Below are positions 12,349 through 26,899 of a stretch of DNA of 64,000 bases, in pieces. The stretch is from Octopus vulgaris (lineage: Eukaryota), in contig OX597818.1 of NCBI GenBank assembly GCA_951406725.2, positions 145,080,001 through 145,144,000 on the forward strand. The letters run 5' to 3'. The position numbers and the translations under genes are program-made. Each line of letters begins with the position of its first letter. Positions within the stretch are counted from its first letter, which is position 1. The notes under the pieces are model-generated. The model was not told the origin of the DNA and made no database searches. It saw only the letters and a list, made by a program, of their open reading frames with translations.

Positions 12349-12885
12349 TTAACAACAATAATATTGACACACTCATATTATAATTGACACACATATATCA
12401 TAATAGAGTACTTCGAGTGAAGCGTTATGTGATATTAGATTGGATATAAACTTGTTATGGTCAAGACAATACACAATAAAATTCTAAAAACAAAAGCAGA
12501 ATAACAGTTCAAGTTTTACGCTATATTTCTTCGATATTTGAGGACTCCTTCATCAGAACACGTGGAGAAATGGGTGAAGGAATACAACAATTATGGCTGC
12601 TCGGATATGAAGGAGAGGCTAGTGAGATGCGCAGACTGCAGTTGTTACAGTAGTTTGTCAGCTTTGTGTGTTGCTTAATGTTTCAGCCTCCTTGATTCGA
12701 AGATTACTTGCGTTTACGTTCCGCGGCCCTGATGAATACAGTATAGTCTTGTCGAAGGTTACCTGTATTACGTTCAGTGACTCTGATCGATACAGAAAGG
12801 TCTCGAGCATGACAGATCAAGCTTTTTTGTTTTCATCAGAACCGCGGAACGGAACACAGACAACCTGCGAAATCAAGGATATATA

Positions 12886-12929
<44 letters not shown>

Positions 12930-14109
12930 CGTGCAAGTATTGGGACCAGGAACCAGTTTGAAGATAACTTATTTCTTTCCTTTCACCAGCATCGGAGGCC
13001 CTAAAATAGGGTTATAGGCAGTGCTATTCTCTCCTGACTAAACAGGAAAAACATAAAGTGAAAAGACACAAAGAGTTCACAAGGTGACTGTTTCGATACT
13101 TGGTTGTTTTCTGCAAACTAAGTTCGTTTGCCACTTGACTTTGCTCTTTAAATCATTTTCAAGTGCCTTACAAAGATTTATAATTTGAAGCGACAATAAT
13201 CAAAAAATATAACATTGTTGTGATATTCGTGTTTTCCATCAATGTTTTCCATCGGAGAGCAGACCCAACCACGACCACCACCAAGTAGAGGGGGGTTGGA
13301 AGGGTCGGAATGGAGACGGAAAAATTGCCGTGTTTAATAAAATTAAGATGATTTTACACTTTTTAAACTTGTCTAACACCATAGCAAAGGAAGAATTATA
13401 TGGATGCAAACTTTATTTTGTCATCTCATTAATAAAACGGCGGAAGGAGGCAAATATTTTTAATAATAATTTGGTGGATGGTCAATTTACGAACCATTTG
13501 TTCATACGATGCATACATACACACACAAAATGCACATACAGGCATACAGATACAAACATATACGCAAGTGTGTTTGAGTGTCTACGACATAACTTAAAGA
13601 CAGTGGCGGATAGTGGGACGGTAGGAAGAGTGGATGATACAAAAAAATAAATAAAATAAAAACAAAAAAAAAGAAAAAGAAAAAAGAAAAAAAGAAACAA
13701 AATTATCCTAAAATTGTCATACATCATATTGCAACCGACAAGCTACACACCAACCCGACCACAGGCAAGCGAAACAAATAAATACACACTATAAAGAAAA
13801 AACAAAACGAACACAAAAACAAATTAAAGTTTAACACGTTCTCACGTCAAACTGTGAAGAAATTCGACGGTAATCAAAGATTTACGACATGTGACTGGCT
13901 CTATTTTCATTTTGTCTCTAGTTGTTGTCAGTCTGGTGATATTGTTGTTGTTGCCATTATTGATATTGATGGTGCTGCAGCTGTGATTGTCTTAAGAAAG
14001 CACTAGGTGTCGTTGCAGGCGTTGACATAAAAGTGCACAACATAGAGTCGAAACAAATACCGCGAGCCAACTCGTCCAACGCTCCAACGGTTCTGCTCTA
14101 CCCTGGGGC

Positions 14110-14265
14110 TCTGCATTGGCAGAATATATTTTTTTCATCGATGTCAAAAGGTTGAAACACACAGTTGAATTCGGCAGGATTTGAACGCTGAATGTAGAGG
14201 ACTGGAACAAATAGTGTAAAGAATTCTATTCCACGCTCGAGCAACTCTTCCGATTCGTTGCCATT
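14110..14265 (-). mobile_element. Diverged Nin-type SINE remnant
   Basis: GGCAGGATTTGAAC...CCGATTCGTTGCC resembles the 12348 SINE head. Confidence 0.5.
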
Positions 14266-14753
14266 TCAATAATTGTCGAGATCACATCACTGTCTCAGAA
14301 AAACGACAGAATTCTATAAATTGCGCAAACCTTTCGTTAGAGTACATATGACCTCAGTTACCAAGGACTTAAGATAAAGATCCAATCTACAACCGATATC
14401 ACAGTCGTTTCAATGCAGAACACGTCTTTTTTCATTTATTTATTTATTTATTTTTAATTTAGGTTTTTAAGGTTTTTAACAAGAAGTATCTTCCACAGAT
14501 GAAATAAATGGATGTCTCCACACGCACATACACACAAGCACACTCATAGACACACACACACACACACATACACACAAACACATAGTTATACACACACATA
14601 TATGTATTCATACATGCATGCATATATATGTAGATTGATATATAGGTATAAATATACACTCACATAACACTCCCCACATATACTCTTACATGCATATATA
14701 TAGATAGATACACACACATATGCATATGTATATATGTATATATATATATATAT

Positions 14754-14824
<71 letters not shown>

Positions 14825-15171
14825 CATACACACTCCCACACGTGCGTATACCTATACATAACTACACGATAATATGATATAGATGAAATTTGATTATTTA
14901 TAAATTTAAACGTTTTAAGTGTTATTTTTGCTGTTGTTTAGATCCAGGTCACAACAGGTCGAAAACACCTATAAATTAAAAGGCGTTCCAAATATGACCA
15001 ATCCACATCCATAACTACATTATGCAACAAATTTATGATATCATGAAACACTAGGGTGTGACTTCAAGTGGGTGGGGTGGAAAGGAAAGTGATTTGGCTG
15101 CTCTTTCAGCAGGTACAGTGACCACGTTGAAGCGCTCACTCTCTCTCTTTAGCCTCTCCATTAAGTAAATG

Positions 15172-15430
15172 CAATTATTCTCAACCATTTTTTTTTACCT
15201 ATGGTCCCCTTTGATTCCTATTCTACCCGGGTGGACCTCATAACCATTCGATACTTTAAAAAAAAAAACCTCATTATATTTTTATAATTAAATATTATTA
15301 GGAATTGTATAAAAAAAATGGTTAAAATATTTTGTGTATTGTAAAAATACAACCAATTTATTGAGCATAAATAAAAAAAAATAGTATGGACGTCCCCAAA
15401 TGTGATATGGATCCCAGTTGAGAACCACTG
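15172..15430. mobile_element. hAT (Charlie-like) MITE remnant
   Basis: Left CAATTATTCTCAACC and right GTTGAGAACCACTG match the CAGTGGTTCTCAAC-type TIR. No clear TSD. Confidence 0.55.
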
Positions 15431-15577
15431 ATTTAATTGAATGGGCTCTGCCCATGACCACCACCGTGAGATTAGAACCCAACAAAAATGCCTGATGTTT
15501 ATCTCCTCATAGCGTACCTCTCACTCTCTCCTTTTCGTCTCTCTTGCTTTATCTCCCGCCTTACTCCCTATTTCTTC

Positions 15578-15620
<43 letters not shown>

Positions 15621-15896
15621 GCACGCACACACACATATCTCCCCCTCCCCCTCTTTCCCTCTCTGAATCCAGTGCATGTTCATATTTGGGCATCTGAGGT
15701 AGGTGTTTACATCGAAAGGTGAGTGTAGACTTGCCTTTCTGTTGTCACTGGCGACACGGCCAAGTTCCTCCTTTCGAAAACACGCACACACGGACACAGA
15801 CATTTAGAAATTAACATAGTGATAGACACAGATTGTTACAGATATATACATATATATACACACATACATACATGCAAGCAGACAGACGGACATGCA

Positions 15897-16179
<283 letters not shown>

Positions 16180-16261
16180 CGTGTGTGTATAATTATGTAT
16201 ATATATATATATACATATATATGTATGTTCATATATACATATATACATATATATATGTACA

Positions 16262-16333
<72 letters not shown>

Positions 16334-16986
16334 AACACATATATATATATAAGTATGTGTGTGTGTGTGTTTGCGTGTGTGTGCATATAATTAGGAAAAC
16401 AGACAGATGAAGCAACAGTTCGACATAAAAACTTACAAGTAGACAAATATAAAGGTAGTGAGATGAGAGAAAGATGTATAGGAGATTTTGTAAACAGAGA
16501 GAGGGAGAAAGTAAGACAAAGAAAGAGAGAGAGAGAAGGAGGGAGAAGAGAGAAATAGATAGATAGATAGATATAAAAACATATAGAAAGCTATACAACT
16601 AGGGAGAGAAAGAGAGAGATAATGGAAGAACAAGTTATATGTACGGACAGAGGCACAGATGGTGGGCTTGCAAAGGTAGGCAGAACTTACGTAGCTCAAA
16701 TATACGCATATGGACACACCCATATAATTACGTTTATACACACCTATTATAAGATAGAGAGATCGATCGAGAGCAGAGGAGAGCGTTAGTGTGTGTGTGT
16801 GTGAGAGGGAGAGTGGGTGAATGAGAGGGAGATTGAGTGAGAAAGATTGTGAGAGAGAAGACGAGAGAAAGATGAATAAAAAGGGAATGTATTAAAATTC
16901 AAACGCATACATAAATACACACATACAGATACTCAGAAAATTTCAAGCTTACATATATACACACGTATACACACACATTCACACAC

Positions 16987-17039
<53 letters not shown>

Positions 17040-17218
17040 CATGCATACAAGCGTACAAGGACGCTTTCAAATACATAATACATTTGCACTTTTTTATGTC
17101 CATACATGTATACTTATGTTGACTTATATATCTTTATGCATATATAAATATATACATGTGCAGGCATATGCACATGTAGAGCATAAATACCTTCCAGCAT
17201 TCATCCAACGGTACCTGC

Positions 17219-17294
<76 letters not shown>

Positions 17295-17414
17295 GTGTGT
17301 GTGTGTATACATACGTACATACATACACATATACATACACACACACATACATATATATGTATATGTGTATGTACGTACGTATGCATATATATATATATAG
17401 TGAAGAAATAAGTG

Positions 17415-17474
<60 letters not shown>

Positions 17475-17683
17475 TTATATTTATAAATACATGACCACAT
17501 ACATAGGGTATATATGCATTTAAGCTCGCAAAAATGACATATAACCCCAACACATTCACGCATAAATACATACACGTGCAAATCCATTCACATAAATACT
17601 CATCTACATATACACATAAAAGAACACTCCCTATATATTATTGAATGCATAAAATCATGCATCCGCACATACGCACACACATA

Positions 17684-18686
17684 TACATACATACATACAT
17701 ACATACATACATACATACATGCATGCATACATACATACATACATACATGCATACATACATACATACATACATACATACATACATACATACATACATACAT
17801 ACATACATACATACATACATACATACATACATACATACATACATACATACATGCATGCATACATACATACATACATACATACATACATACATACATACAT
17901 ACATACATACATACATACATACATACATACATACATACATACATGCATACATACATGCATGCATACATACATACATACATACATACATACATACACACAT
18001 ACATACATACATACATGCATGCATACATACATACATACATACATACATACATACATACATACATGCATGCATACATACATACATACATACATACATACAT
18101 ACATACATACATACATACATACATACAGACATACATACATACATACATACATACATACATACATACATACATACATACATACATACATACATACATACAT
18201 ACATACATACATACATACAGACAGACATACATACATACATACATACATACATACATACATACATACATACATACATACATACATACATACATACATACAT
18301 ACATACATACATACATACATACATACATACATACATACATACATACATACATACATGCATACATACATACATACATACATACATACATACATACATGCAT
18401 GCATACATACATACATACATACATGCATGCATACATACATACATACATACATACATACATACATACATACATACATACATACATACATACATGCATACAT
18501 ACATACATACATACATACATACATGCATGCATACATACATACATACATACATACATACATACATACATACATGCATACATACATACATACATACATACAT
18601 ACATACATACATACATACATACATACATACATACATACATACATACATACATACATACATACATACATACATACATACATACATGC
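17684..18686 (+). repeat. About 1-kb (CATA)n microsatellite with CATG/CAGA interruptions
   Basis: Direct reading. Source of the MYVC/IHTY ORFs. Confidence 0.98.
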
Positions 18687-19463
18687 ACTGTGAAACAGAA
18701 ATCTCCTCAAAATAATCTCCGTATACTTCCAGTGTTTATATACCCTTAGGCTATGAAATACTTCTGTTCTCCATACATTATTATCTGAACAATTTGTCCA
18801 AGTAGGCTTTAGTTTTTCGCTTACCAATATTCTACGTATTTTTTTTTTAATCTTTATTTGTTTGCTATTTTTTAATAATCCAAAACCCACAGTCAAAATG
18901 GCGACAGTGTGGTGCAGCAGATCTAAGAACGCCAGAAGCTGTTTTTATTTTCTCTCTAATCTCTTTTTCTTCCCTTTCCAATATCTCCCTTTCCAATATC
19001 ACTCTTTTCTTCCCTTTTCTCTCCTTTTAGTTCTACATCTCTCTGTTTCATTAGTTTAACTGTCTCTAATTTTTTCTCTCTCACTTCCTCACTCAATCGA
19101 AATTCGCACTCTTCTTACACACTCATCCACACTCACACTCTCACTCTCTCCCCGTTCTCTCTCTCATCATTCACCATCGCTTAACTGCCTTCTCTCTTTA
19201 CTCTCTCATGCTTTCTCTCTTCGCCATCTCTATTCTCTCTCCTCTCTCTCATTACTCGCTATCTGTGTTTATTCTTTCTATCATTTTTTACACACTCCCT
19301 TCTACACCGTGAAACTTTCTGGATTTTATTTATATTTTAAGTATTGTTTTTTAGTTTATTTTCCTTATATCTTCAATATGTCGGTTTCAAGAAGCGATTC
19401 ATTTGTATTTGTGTTTATGCATACACTTACGCACAGGCATACACATACAAAGATAAGCGAATT

Positions 19464-19652
<189 letters not shown>

Positions 19653-19679
19653 ACACTTTACACTTCATATTGACATTTC

Positions 19680-19892
19680 TGTGATAACGATCCCTATTGA
19701 TCAATTTTTTTTTTTCCTCCCCCCTTTTTTTAAACCCCCCTTTTTTTGTCCTCTTTCTCTCCTTTTACGATCCCTTTTGATCGAAACTCCCCCTTCCTTT
19801 TTTTTTTTTTTTTTTTTTAAACCTTCAAAAGAAAAGCTCTACCTTGTAATTTGTTCTATCTGTGTGCAGCCCTGTGTGGCTAATAAAGAAAC
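19680..19892 (+). mobile_element. Probable LINE (L1/Tx1-like) 3' UTR fragment embedded in (TATC)n
   Basis: Pyrimidine-rich sequence ending GCAGCCCTGTGTGGCTAATAAAGAAA, flanked on both sides by (TATC)n (19464-19650 and 19893-20090). The clade call is inference. Confidence 0.45.
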
Positions 19893-19893
19893 A

Positions 19894-20238
<345 letters not shown>

Positions 20239-20689
20239 AATAAAATAAACCACTGATCAGTGTCAGTGAAAATTTATTCGAAGAAAATGTGAATGAACTC
20301 TCAAAATTTCAATCAACAAAAAATTTAATTTCGCATCGGCGGGTAAGATTAATTCCCATCTTTAGCAACCGTATTAGGACATGTTTCAGTCTTGCTGGAT
20401 CTTTTTGAACAGAGTATAATGTAGGCGCTGGCAGTCAAAATCTCTGAACGACTAATACAAGAAACTTTCTTGTATGAAGAACATTTACAGACGAATCAAA
20501 TTAAAATATTGTATATTTTGAAGTATAACGAAAAGGACGAGTACTCATTGTATTTAATAGATTATATTAGATTATAGAAACATTTAAATCTGATAATTCC
20601 CTTTCGCCGTTCTTCAGAGTTTGTTGCTATGTCCTGATGACTCGCTCGTAACGAGAGGCCCTGCGTAAGAGATTAAGAGAGTCCTCAAC

Positions 20690-22330
20690 AAAGTAATGCT
20701 TAAAACTTGCATGAATCCCGCTCGAAATGCATACTGAAAAAACCAAACCTGCCAAAGGGTTTGCCAAAACCAAGTTGAAAACAACTAACTTTCTTTGTAT
20801 GGATGGATGACTTCAAGTTATTATCTTATCCAAAGTGTAAGAGTATTTAATAGAGATATTGAGATGCAGTTCGGGTTAAATAAGTGCGTAATGTTAATTA
20901 TGAAGAGAAGCCAAAGGATAAACCTCTGATTGTATAAAATTACCACAAGTTGACATCATTAGATTGCTGAAAATTGTTGAGAGATACAAGTACCCAGGAG
21001 TGCCGCAAGACTATGAAAGGAGAAATGAAAGAAAAATGTCTTCAAAGAGTATAAGGGAAGACTTAGGAAGGTACTCTAATAAAAATTAGATGGAAGGAAT
21101 ATTATCAAAGTAATAGATACATGATATCACAGAGATAGTTCTAGAAAGCAAAGAATACAATCAACTAACTAAAAGAGAAACTAAGTGTCAAGTGTATTCA
21201 ACAACATCACTATTTACCAAAGCAATATAGCAAAGAGAATCAAAATACCATTGAGAGGAAGTTTGTCACTAGTCAAAATATGCTGCTATTAGATATTGAA
21301 TGAAGATAGTGAATACAAATAGAGAGCCTACTCCAACAGAAGAATCAACCATCTAAGTTGATGGCTTTATAGTTTAAAGCATAAAGAAAAAGCAAATAGA
21401 GGGTCATCAAAGTGATGGACCAGGTCATGGAAGATACTAAACAAGCTACAGCACAACTGATTAGGAGCAAGAAATAACCTAAATGAGATACAGTGATGTA
21501 ACTACAAGAGAATTACTTAGCAAAGAGTATGCTTGTGTAAGAAGTGCTGGTAAGAAATGAAGGCGTGCTCTGCTGAAGATAACATGTTATTTGTCATGAA
21601 CAACAGAGCACAAATGAGATGAACAGAAAACTGGATTTAAGAGGAATCAGATGAAGTGTTCAGGAGAAAATAATTGGTATGTATATGTGATGTATAAAGG
21701 CTTAACCTACCAAGAAAGGAAGGAGGCAGAAGACGACGTTAGTTGTGCGATACTGGGTTTAAAAAACTTGTGCGTGGTACAGAAGGAGTAATATGGAAAC
21801 TAGAAATGCTCAAAAAGTTACTGAAACAATAGAGTTCAAAAGCAGAAGGCAACAACAAAGCAAGTAGATGGAAAGAGAAGGAATTATATGATTAATTCAT
21901 GCATCAAACTGATGATGCTGGAAGTAAAGAATGCTAGTTTTGGCGGGCAGACGAAAACCTGAAGAAGGAGACCGAATCACAAATTATAGCCGATCAAGAA
22001 CAAGCCATTAGGATGAATTTGGTAAAGGAAAAGATTGATAAAACAGAGTCAGACAACAAACGCAGAATCCGCGAGAAATGAGATGAAAGTATTAACCATC
22101 TCTTGAGTGAATGCAGTAAGCTAATAGAAAAAGAGTATAAGCGCTGGCATGATTGTGTAAGAATGCATCGGGATGTTAGCAGAGACAATAGGTGCAAAGT
22201 AGCAGAAAAGTAGTATGAACACGCGCCTGAGGCCATGATTAAGAATAACAACAGGATTTTGTGGGGTTTTTCCATGACTGACTCTACTACTGAAGCAAGA
22301 AGACCAGATATGATTATACAAGAGAAAAAA
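20690..22330 (+). pseudogene. Old R4/Dong-type RT-RLE remnant
   Basis: MDDFKL, YKYPG, LKKETESQIIADQEQAIR, ESINHLLSECSKL..KEYKRWHD, RRPD. Many stops. Confidence 0.82.
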
Positions 22331-22692
22331 TTAGAAACATATTTGTAAGACCATAGAACAGATACTAAGAGGGCAACCTTAGAATCTCTGAGGCCATCCT
22401 CATACAGCAAAAGAAACCCAAGTTCAACAACAGAATAGAGTTACAGGAAGTTAGCTCGTTGCTATAGCAACACTTTTCCGCGCATGTACACTCCACACAC
22501 GCTCACACACGCACATCGGTAACATTCATCTATTTGAAAATGGGGTCAAAACCTCGAAATATTGACTACAAGGTAGGTCTACATTAATTCACATATTTGT
22601 TTTCTTCTGATTTACGTTGCATTTACTTCGCATTGTTTTGGCCTTAACCACGATACAATATATTCTACACAATGCTTCATAGTAATTATTCC

Positions 22693-22740
<48 letters not shown>

Positions 22741-22744
22741 TTAT

Positions 22745-23348
22745 TTTTTCTCTCTAGTTTCAGCTCAGAGCTGCGGCCATGCTGATGCACCGCCGTTTTG
22801 TGCCACACTGTTATTGCGAAGAACCTCATCTAATATGTAGCACTTGGTGAAGAATGGAGTTTGATATAGCTACTCTCATTTGCACCTCTTACCGTGCGGT
22901 AGGTTCATCTGGGACTCTTGACAGGAAGATGTCCAGCTTTGATTTAAAAACCGCTACATCTACTTTGTGCAAGTTCCTCAGACTCTTTGGGAGAATATTA
23001 AAAAGCTGTGGGCCCTTGAAACCCAGGCTGTTGCAGAAGCTGGTCCTGAATCGTGATGGCATTGCTGGGATCTTTGGCACTATGCAGTGTCGTCCCGTTC
23101 TAGCATTGGTGTAACTTACAATGCCAAAATTTGGCACAATTTCTTCCAGGATCTTCCAGACATATATTACTGCATACCTCTCTCGTCTTCTCTCCAGGGA
23201 GTAGAGTCTTAGCTGTTTCAACCTTTCCCAGTAGCTGAGCTGTTGCAAAGAGACGATCTTCTTTGTTAATCTTCTCTGGATTGATTCAAGGTCCGCTGTT
23301 AATTTTACACTGGTGGGTGACCATAGCTGTGAGCAGTAATCCAGGCGG
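22745..23348 (-). mobile_element. 5'-truncated CR1-group LINE, 3' end
   Basis: RLDYCSQLWSP...LESIQRR...LSYWERLKQLRLYSLERRRER...FKSKLDIFL, followed by a 3' UTR ending in the hairpin CAGCTCTGAGCTG AAAC. Confidence 0.88.
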
Positions 23349-23637
23349 ATATATATATATATATTTATGAGTCTCGAAATGTTTTCCATTCAGTTTGTTT
23401 GCTAAATTTTGTATATATTAAATACACATTAATATATAAGAAAATCTATATTTGTGTGCGTGCGTATATTTATATGTGTTTGTATGAGCATAAATACGTA
23501 TGAGCATATAAATTTATGCATATAAATGTATATATATATATATGCATACATGCATACATACATACACATTCGCACACACATATGTGTATACATACATGCA
23601 GGCATACATACATATTTATATACATGTATATATATAT

Positions 23638-23684
<47 letters not shown>

Positions 23685-24364
23685 CATTCATATATACAGA
23701 CATATTACATACATTCATATATATATATGTATAAGCATAAATTTAAATGTAAATATAAATATGTGTGTGAGTGTGTGTAAGGGGATGTGTACATACAGAA
23801 ACACCGACACCTTCGCAATCCTTCCATAAATGCTGTCAGTAACATCAGGTTTCTTAGTTAGCCCGAAGGTGAAAGGTATTTATTGTAGAACTGCCTCAAG
23901 TCGAACGGCAGGAGATTGTAAAGTAGTCAAACTGTGATTATGTTAAACTGGAAGAACAGATATTGGTCATAGAGATGGGAAGGTAGAAAATGATTAAGAA
24001 GGAAGTTGGGGAATAAGAACTGAAATATTGGAGGAAGATTTAAGCGTGAAAGAATGAAAGAAAGAAATTAATAAACAAAAATAGCAGACATAAAAAATGA
24101 AAAACTGGTGTGAACGCAGGTAGATCGATTTGTAGGAAGAAGAAGTGAGGAAAAGTATGAGAAGATTATGAGAAATAAGAATGTCAAGCGTTGATTGTCG
24201 AATTAGTCTCTCTCTCTCCCTCCTTCTCTCTCGCTCCTCTCTCTCTCCCATCTCTGTCATCTCATTCCATTCCAGCACTATTTTCAATATATCTTAATAT
24301 TTCCTTCACCTAGCGAATATAATCTTATTCAAAAATATACAACTTATTATTTTAAAATTTTTAT

Positions 24365-24560
24365 TCGTTTCAGTCATTGGACTGCAGCCATACTGAGCCA
24401 TCGCCTTGAAAGGTTTAGTTTAATAAATCGATAAAAGTATTTATTGTTTTTAAAGTCTGGTACTTATCTATCAATTTCTTTTGCTGAAGCCGCTAAATTA
24501 TGTGAACGTAAGCAAGCCATAGTCAGTTGGTAAACGGTGGATGTGATAAACACAAACACA
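24365..24560 (-). mobile_element. 3' portion of the SINE family at 5160-5566
   Basis: GTTTCAGTCATTGGACTGCAGCCATACTG...GGTACTTAT...GCCGCTAA. Confidence 0.7.
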
Positions 24561-24609
24561 AAGATACACTCATAAAAACATAATACATATGTACGTACGT
24601 ATATACGTG

Positions 24610-25163
24610 TATGGTGGCTGCCTCCTCGTTATCGAGTATGGCCATTGCACGAAGTTTAATCCAAGTTGTTATCGTGCAATGCCTGTGCAAGAAGATTTTT
24701 TTAAAGTGAGGAAAGGCTGTGCACTGAATCAATCCCACTCACTAAGCAACAGCAGCCATAATCCGGAAAGAAGAACAAATCAACATCATCGGTAACCACT
24801 GAGCCGCAGGTTTTATGTCGGCGTTATCCCAGTTACCTGAGTTACCTTCTCCTAGAAGGATACCCTAACAAAGGCTAGGAGTCCTTCACTCCCAATGGTT
24901 TAACCACGCGATCGGGTATTCAGTCCGATTATTTCTATGTCCCCGCGCATGATACAGCCTAAAGACATTTATTGGATGGCCGTTGACTCTCAAGAGTTCC
25001 TCCGCCCTTTGACGGGTTTTGTTTTTCATCCTGCAGGGTGTCCAATAAACACCTCCTCACCAAGCAAGCTTGGTGGGGTTGCCGGTTTAGTCGCGGACGA
25101 TCCGACCATGCAACAGGTTGTACTAGGTTACATGTTACCAGTAGCACTCGAAAGTGACCTGAC
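24610..25163 (-). mobile_element. Non-coding interspersed element, probably RTE-related; its minus-strand 5' part recurs at 42139-42301 (+)
   Basis: About 160 nt shared (CTACTGGTAAC...AAGCTTGCTTGGTGA...GTCAACGGCCATCCAA). The RTE assignment is inference. Confidence 0.55.
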
Positions 25164-25247
25164 ATAAACATACATACATACATACATACATACATACATA
25201 CATACATACATACATACATGCATACATACATACATAATGTATGTGAT

Positions 25248-25360
25248 AACCAATGCAGACTGTTGAGTTAACACCGAAGATATCCTCCACATCATGAGCA
25301 GTTGTCCAAAAATATTATCACGGTATTATCTACCGATGTGACATGTCACAGTAGCCAGAA
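25248..25360 (+). pseudogene. RLE retrotransposon zinc-knuckle fragment
   Basis: NQCRL...EDILHIMSSCPKILSRYYLPM*H. Confidence 0.6.
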
Positions 25361-25375
25361 CACTGTACTTGACCG

Positions 25376-25440
<65 letters not shown>

Positions 25441-25749
25441 AATAATTAAATATAGAGATATTCTATTGACAATCCAATAATTTATTTATATTACAATATT
25501 ACATTAAATACTGTGAATATAATATATAGCATAAGATATAAATAATTATAAAAACCATAAAAGGCCAACAAATTGCTTCGACATATAATTTTTTTCTGAT
25601 ATACATAATCACAGTTCCATTATATATATATATAGTCAATTCAGCGTCTTTGGTTTAGAAAAAGACGAAATTCCGTGTGAAAGAATGGCTGGATTGTAAA
25701 AATTAATTCAAATGTCTGTGTTATGAGCGTGGGCGTTAACTATTCAATC

Positions 25750-25990
25750 ATTGAAAGTTTCTTTATCTACTGTTCTCGCAAATACCCTAAGGGCACATTA
25801 CATTCTGCAGGGTTTCCTGCAGAATGTAACGCATTCTGCACGGCATGGTCTGCTCCAGTAAACATTTGGTGGAAATGCTCTGCAAAGCGGTAGAGAATTT
25901 GCATTGTTTTTCTTAAATATTGTTGATTCAGTGACATTACATAAAAATGTTTGCAAACCAAGACAGACCACAAATAGCATAAAAACGTAC
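25750..25990 (-). pseudogene. Possible piggyBac transposase C-terminal cysteine-rich domain remnant
   Basis: Across frameshifts reads RFAEHFPP....RPCR..C...ECNVPL....FND, like the HFP..RRC..C..C.ECNVPLC..CF pattern. No TIR found. Confidence 0.4.
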
Positions 25991-26019
25991 CAGAAAACAG
26001 AAAAAGAGTGAAAAGACCT

Positions 26020-26210
26020 TCGAGTGATCGCTCAGCCTGCTAGGAATAGCATCCAAATAATCAGGAAGCCAATCAATATCTTTAAAAAAAAGGACACATT
26101 AGATAATGTAGTCCGCGGTATACACTTAAAAAGACATGATGTCAACGGCTGGAATGGCTTTGATTGATGCTCTGCTCGACCAGAGATGACCCGGGGCTAA
26201 ACAACAACAA
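26020..26210 (+). mobile_element. Interspersed repeat 3' end ending GGGGCTAAACAACAACAAC; diverged reverse copies near 8690-8990 and 14930-15135
   Basis: Shared GGCTGGAATG and GGACACATTAGATAATGTAG blocks. Confidence 0.5.
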
Positions 26211-26899
26211 CGATGCTATGAGATCTCTACGTGTAAACTGATAGGACAATGAAAGCAGCGAGGATGTTTCTTTATCGACATATCAATTCCTTTTGAGAAA
26301 CTGTCAAATATATGTATTTAGAGATATATTTAGATAAAACGAAATAGGATACTGAATGCTGAGTCGGCTCCTATAATAATTGAAGTAATAGAATTGGACA
26401 AAGCTTACATGGAAAAAAAATCATGGAATTTTCCAGGCAACATCCATGATAAACAAAAGCCAGGAAGAAATTGAAAAGGATCGAAGTCATATCAGAATGA
26501 AGTGAGTTCCGGCATGGGAAAGAGAGAAACGATATATCATTTCTGTTTGTAAAATACTTGTTGGGGTTGATATGTGAACAAACATAACAAAGCAGTGTTA
26601 GTCCTGGCAATAGCGTGGGCAAATAAAAGAGAATTGATTTTAATGTAGAGAAGTTACATTGAGGAATGTAGTGAAGAAAAATGTGCTGAAGTTATTAATA
26701 TCATATGCACAAAATCACCATTGGGCGGAGATCAGATTTATGTACAAAAAAGAAACAGCTTTGAATTATTTATAACCTCTTCCAAATAATAAAATCTCGC
26801 ATGTAAAGTAGTCTGAAAAACTGAGGAATGAATTTAAACGTATAATCACTATGAGTTTGCTTATATGGAAAAGTCTCCAAAGATGAAAAATGAGTTGAT

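Noticed and set aside
17600-18896. Long ORFs (268-413 aa) on both strands
   Set aside because: Translations of the (CATA)n microsatellite.
18894-18905. CAAAATGGCG YY1-like promoter motif
   Set aside because: A single short motif with no associated gene.
20375-20670. GAAACATGTC (-) and CTGATGA CTCG..CGAG (+) ribozyme-like pieces
   Set aside because: Each lacks the other half of the core.
25798-25980. 60-aa ORF resembling a secreted cysteine-rich peptide or toxin
   Set aside because: Motifs continue across frames (HFP, ECNVPL) and fit a decayed piggyBac cysteine-rich domain better. No gene context.
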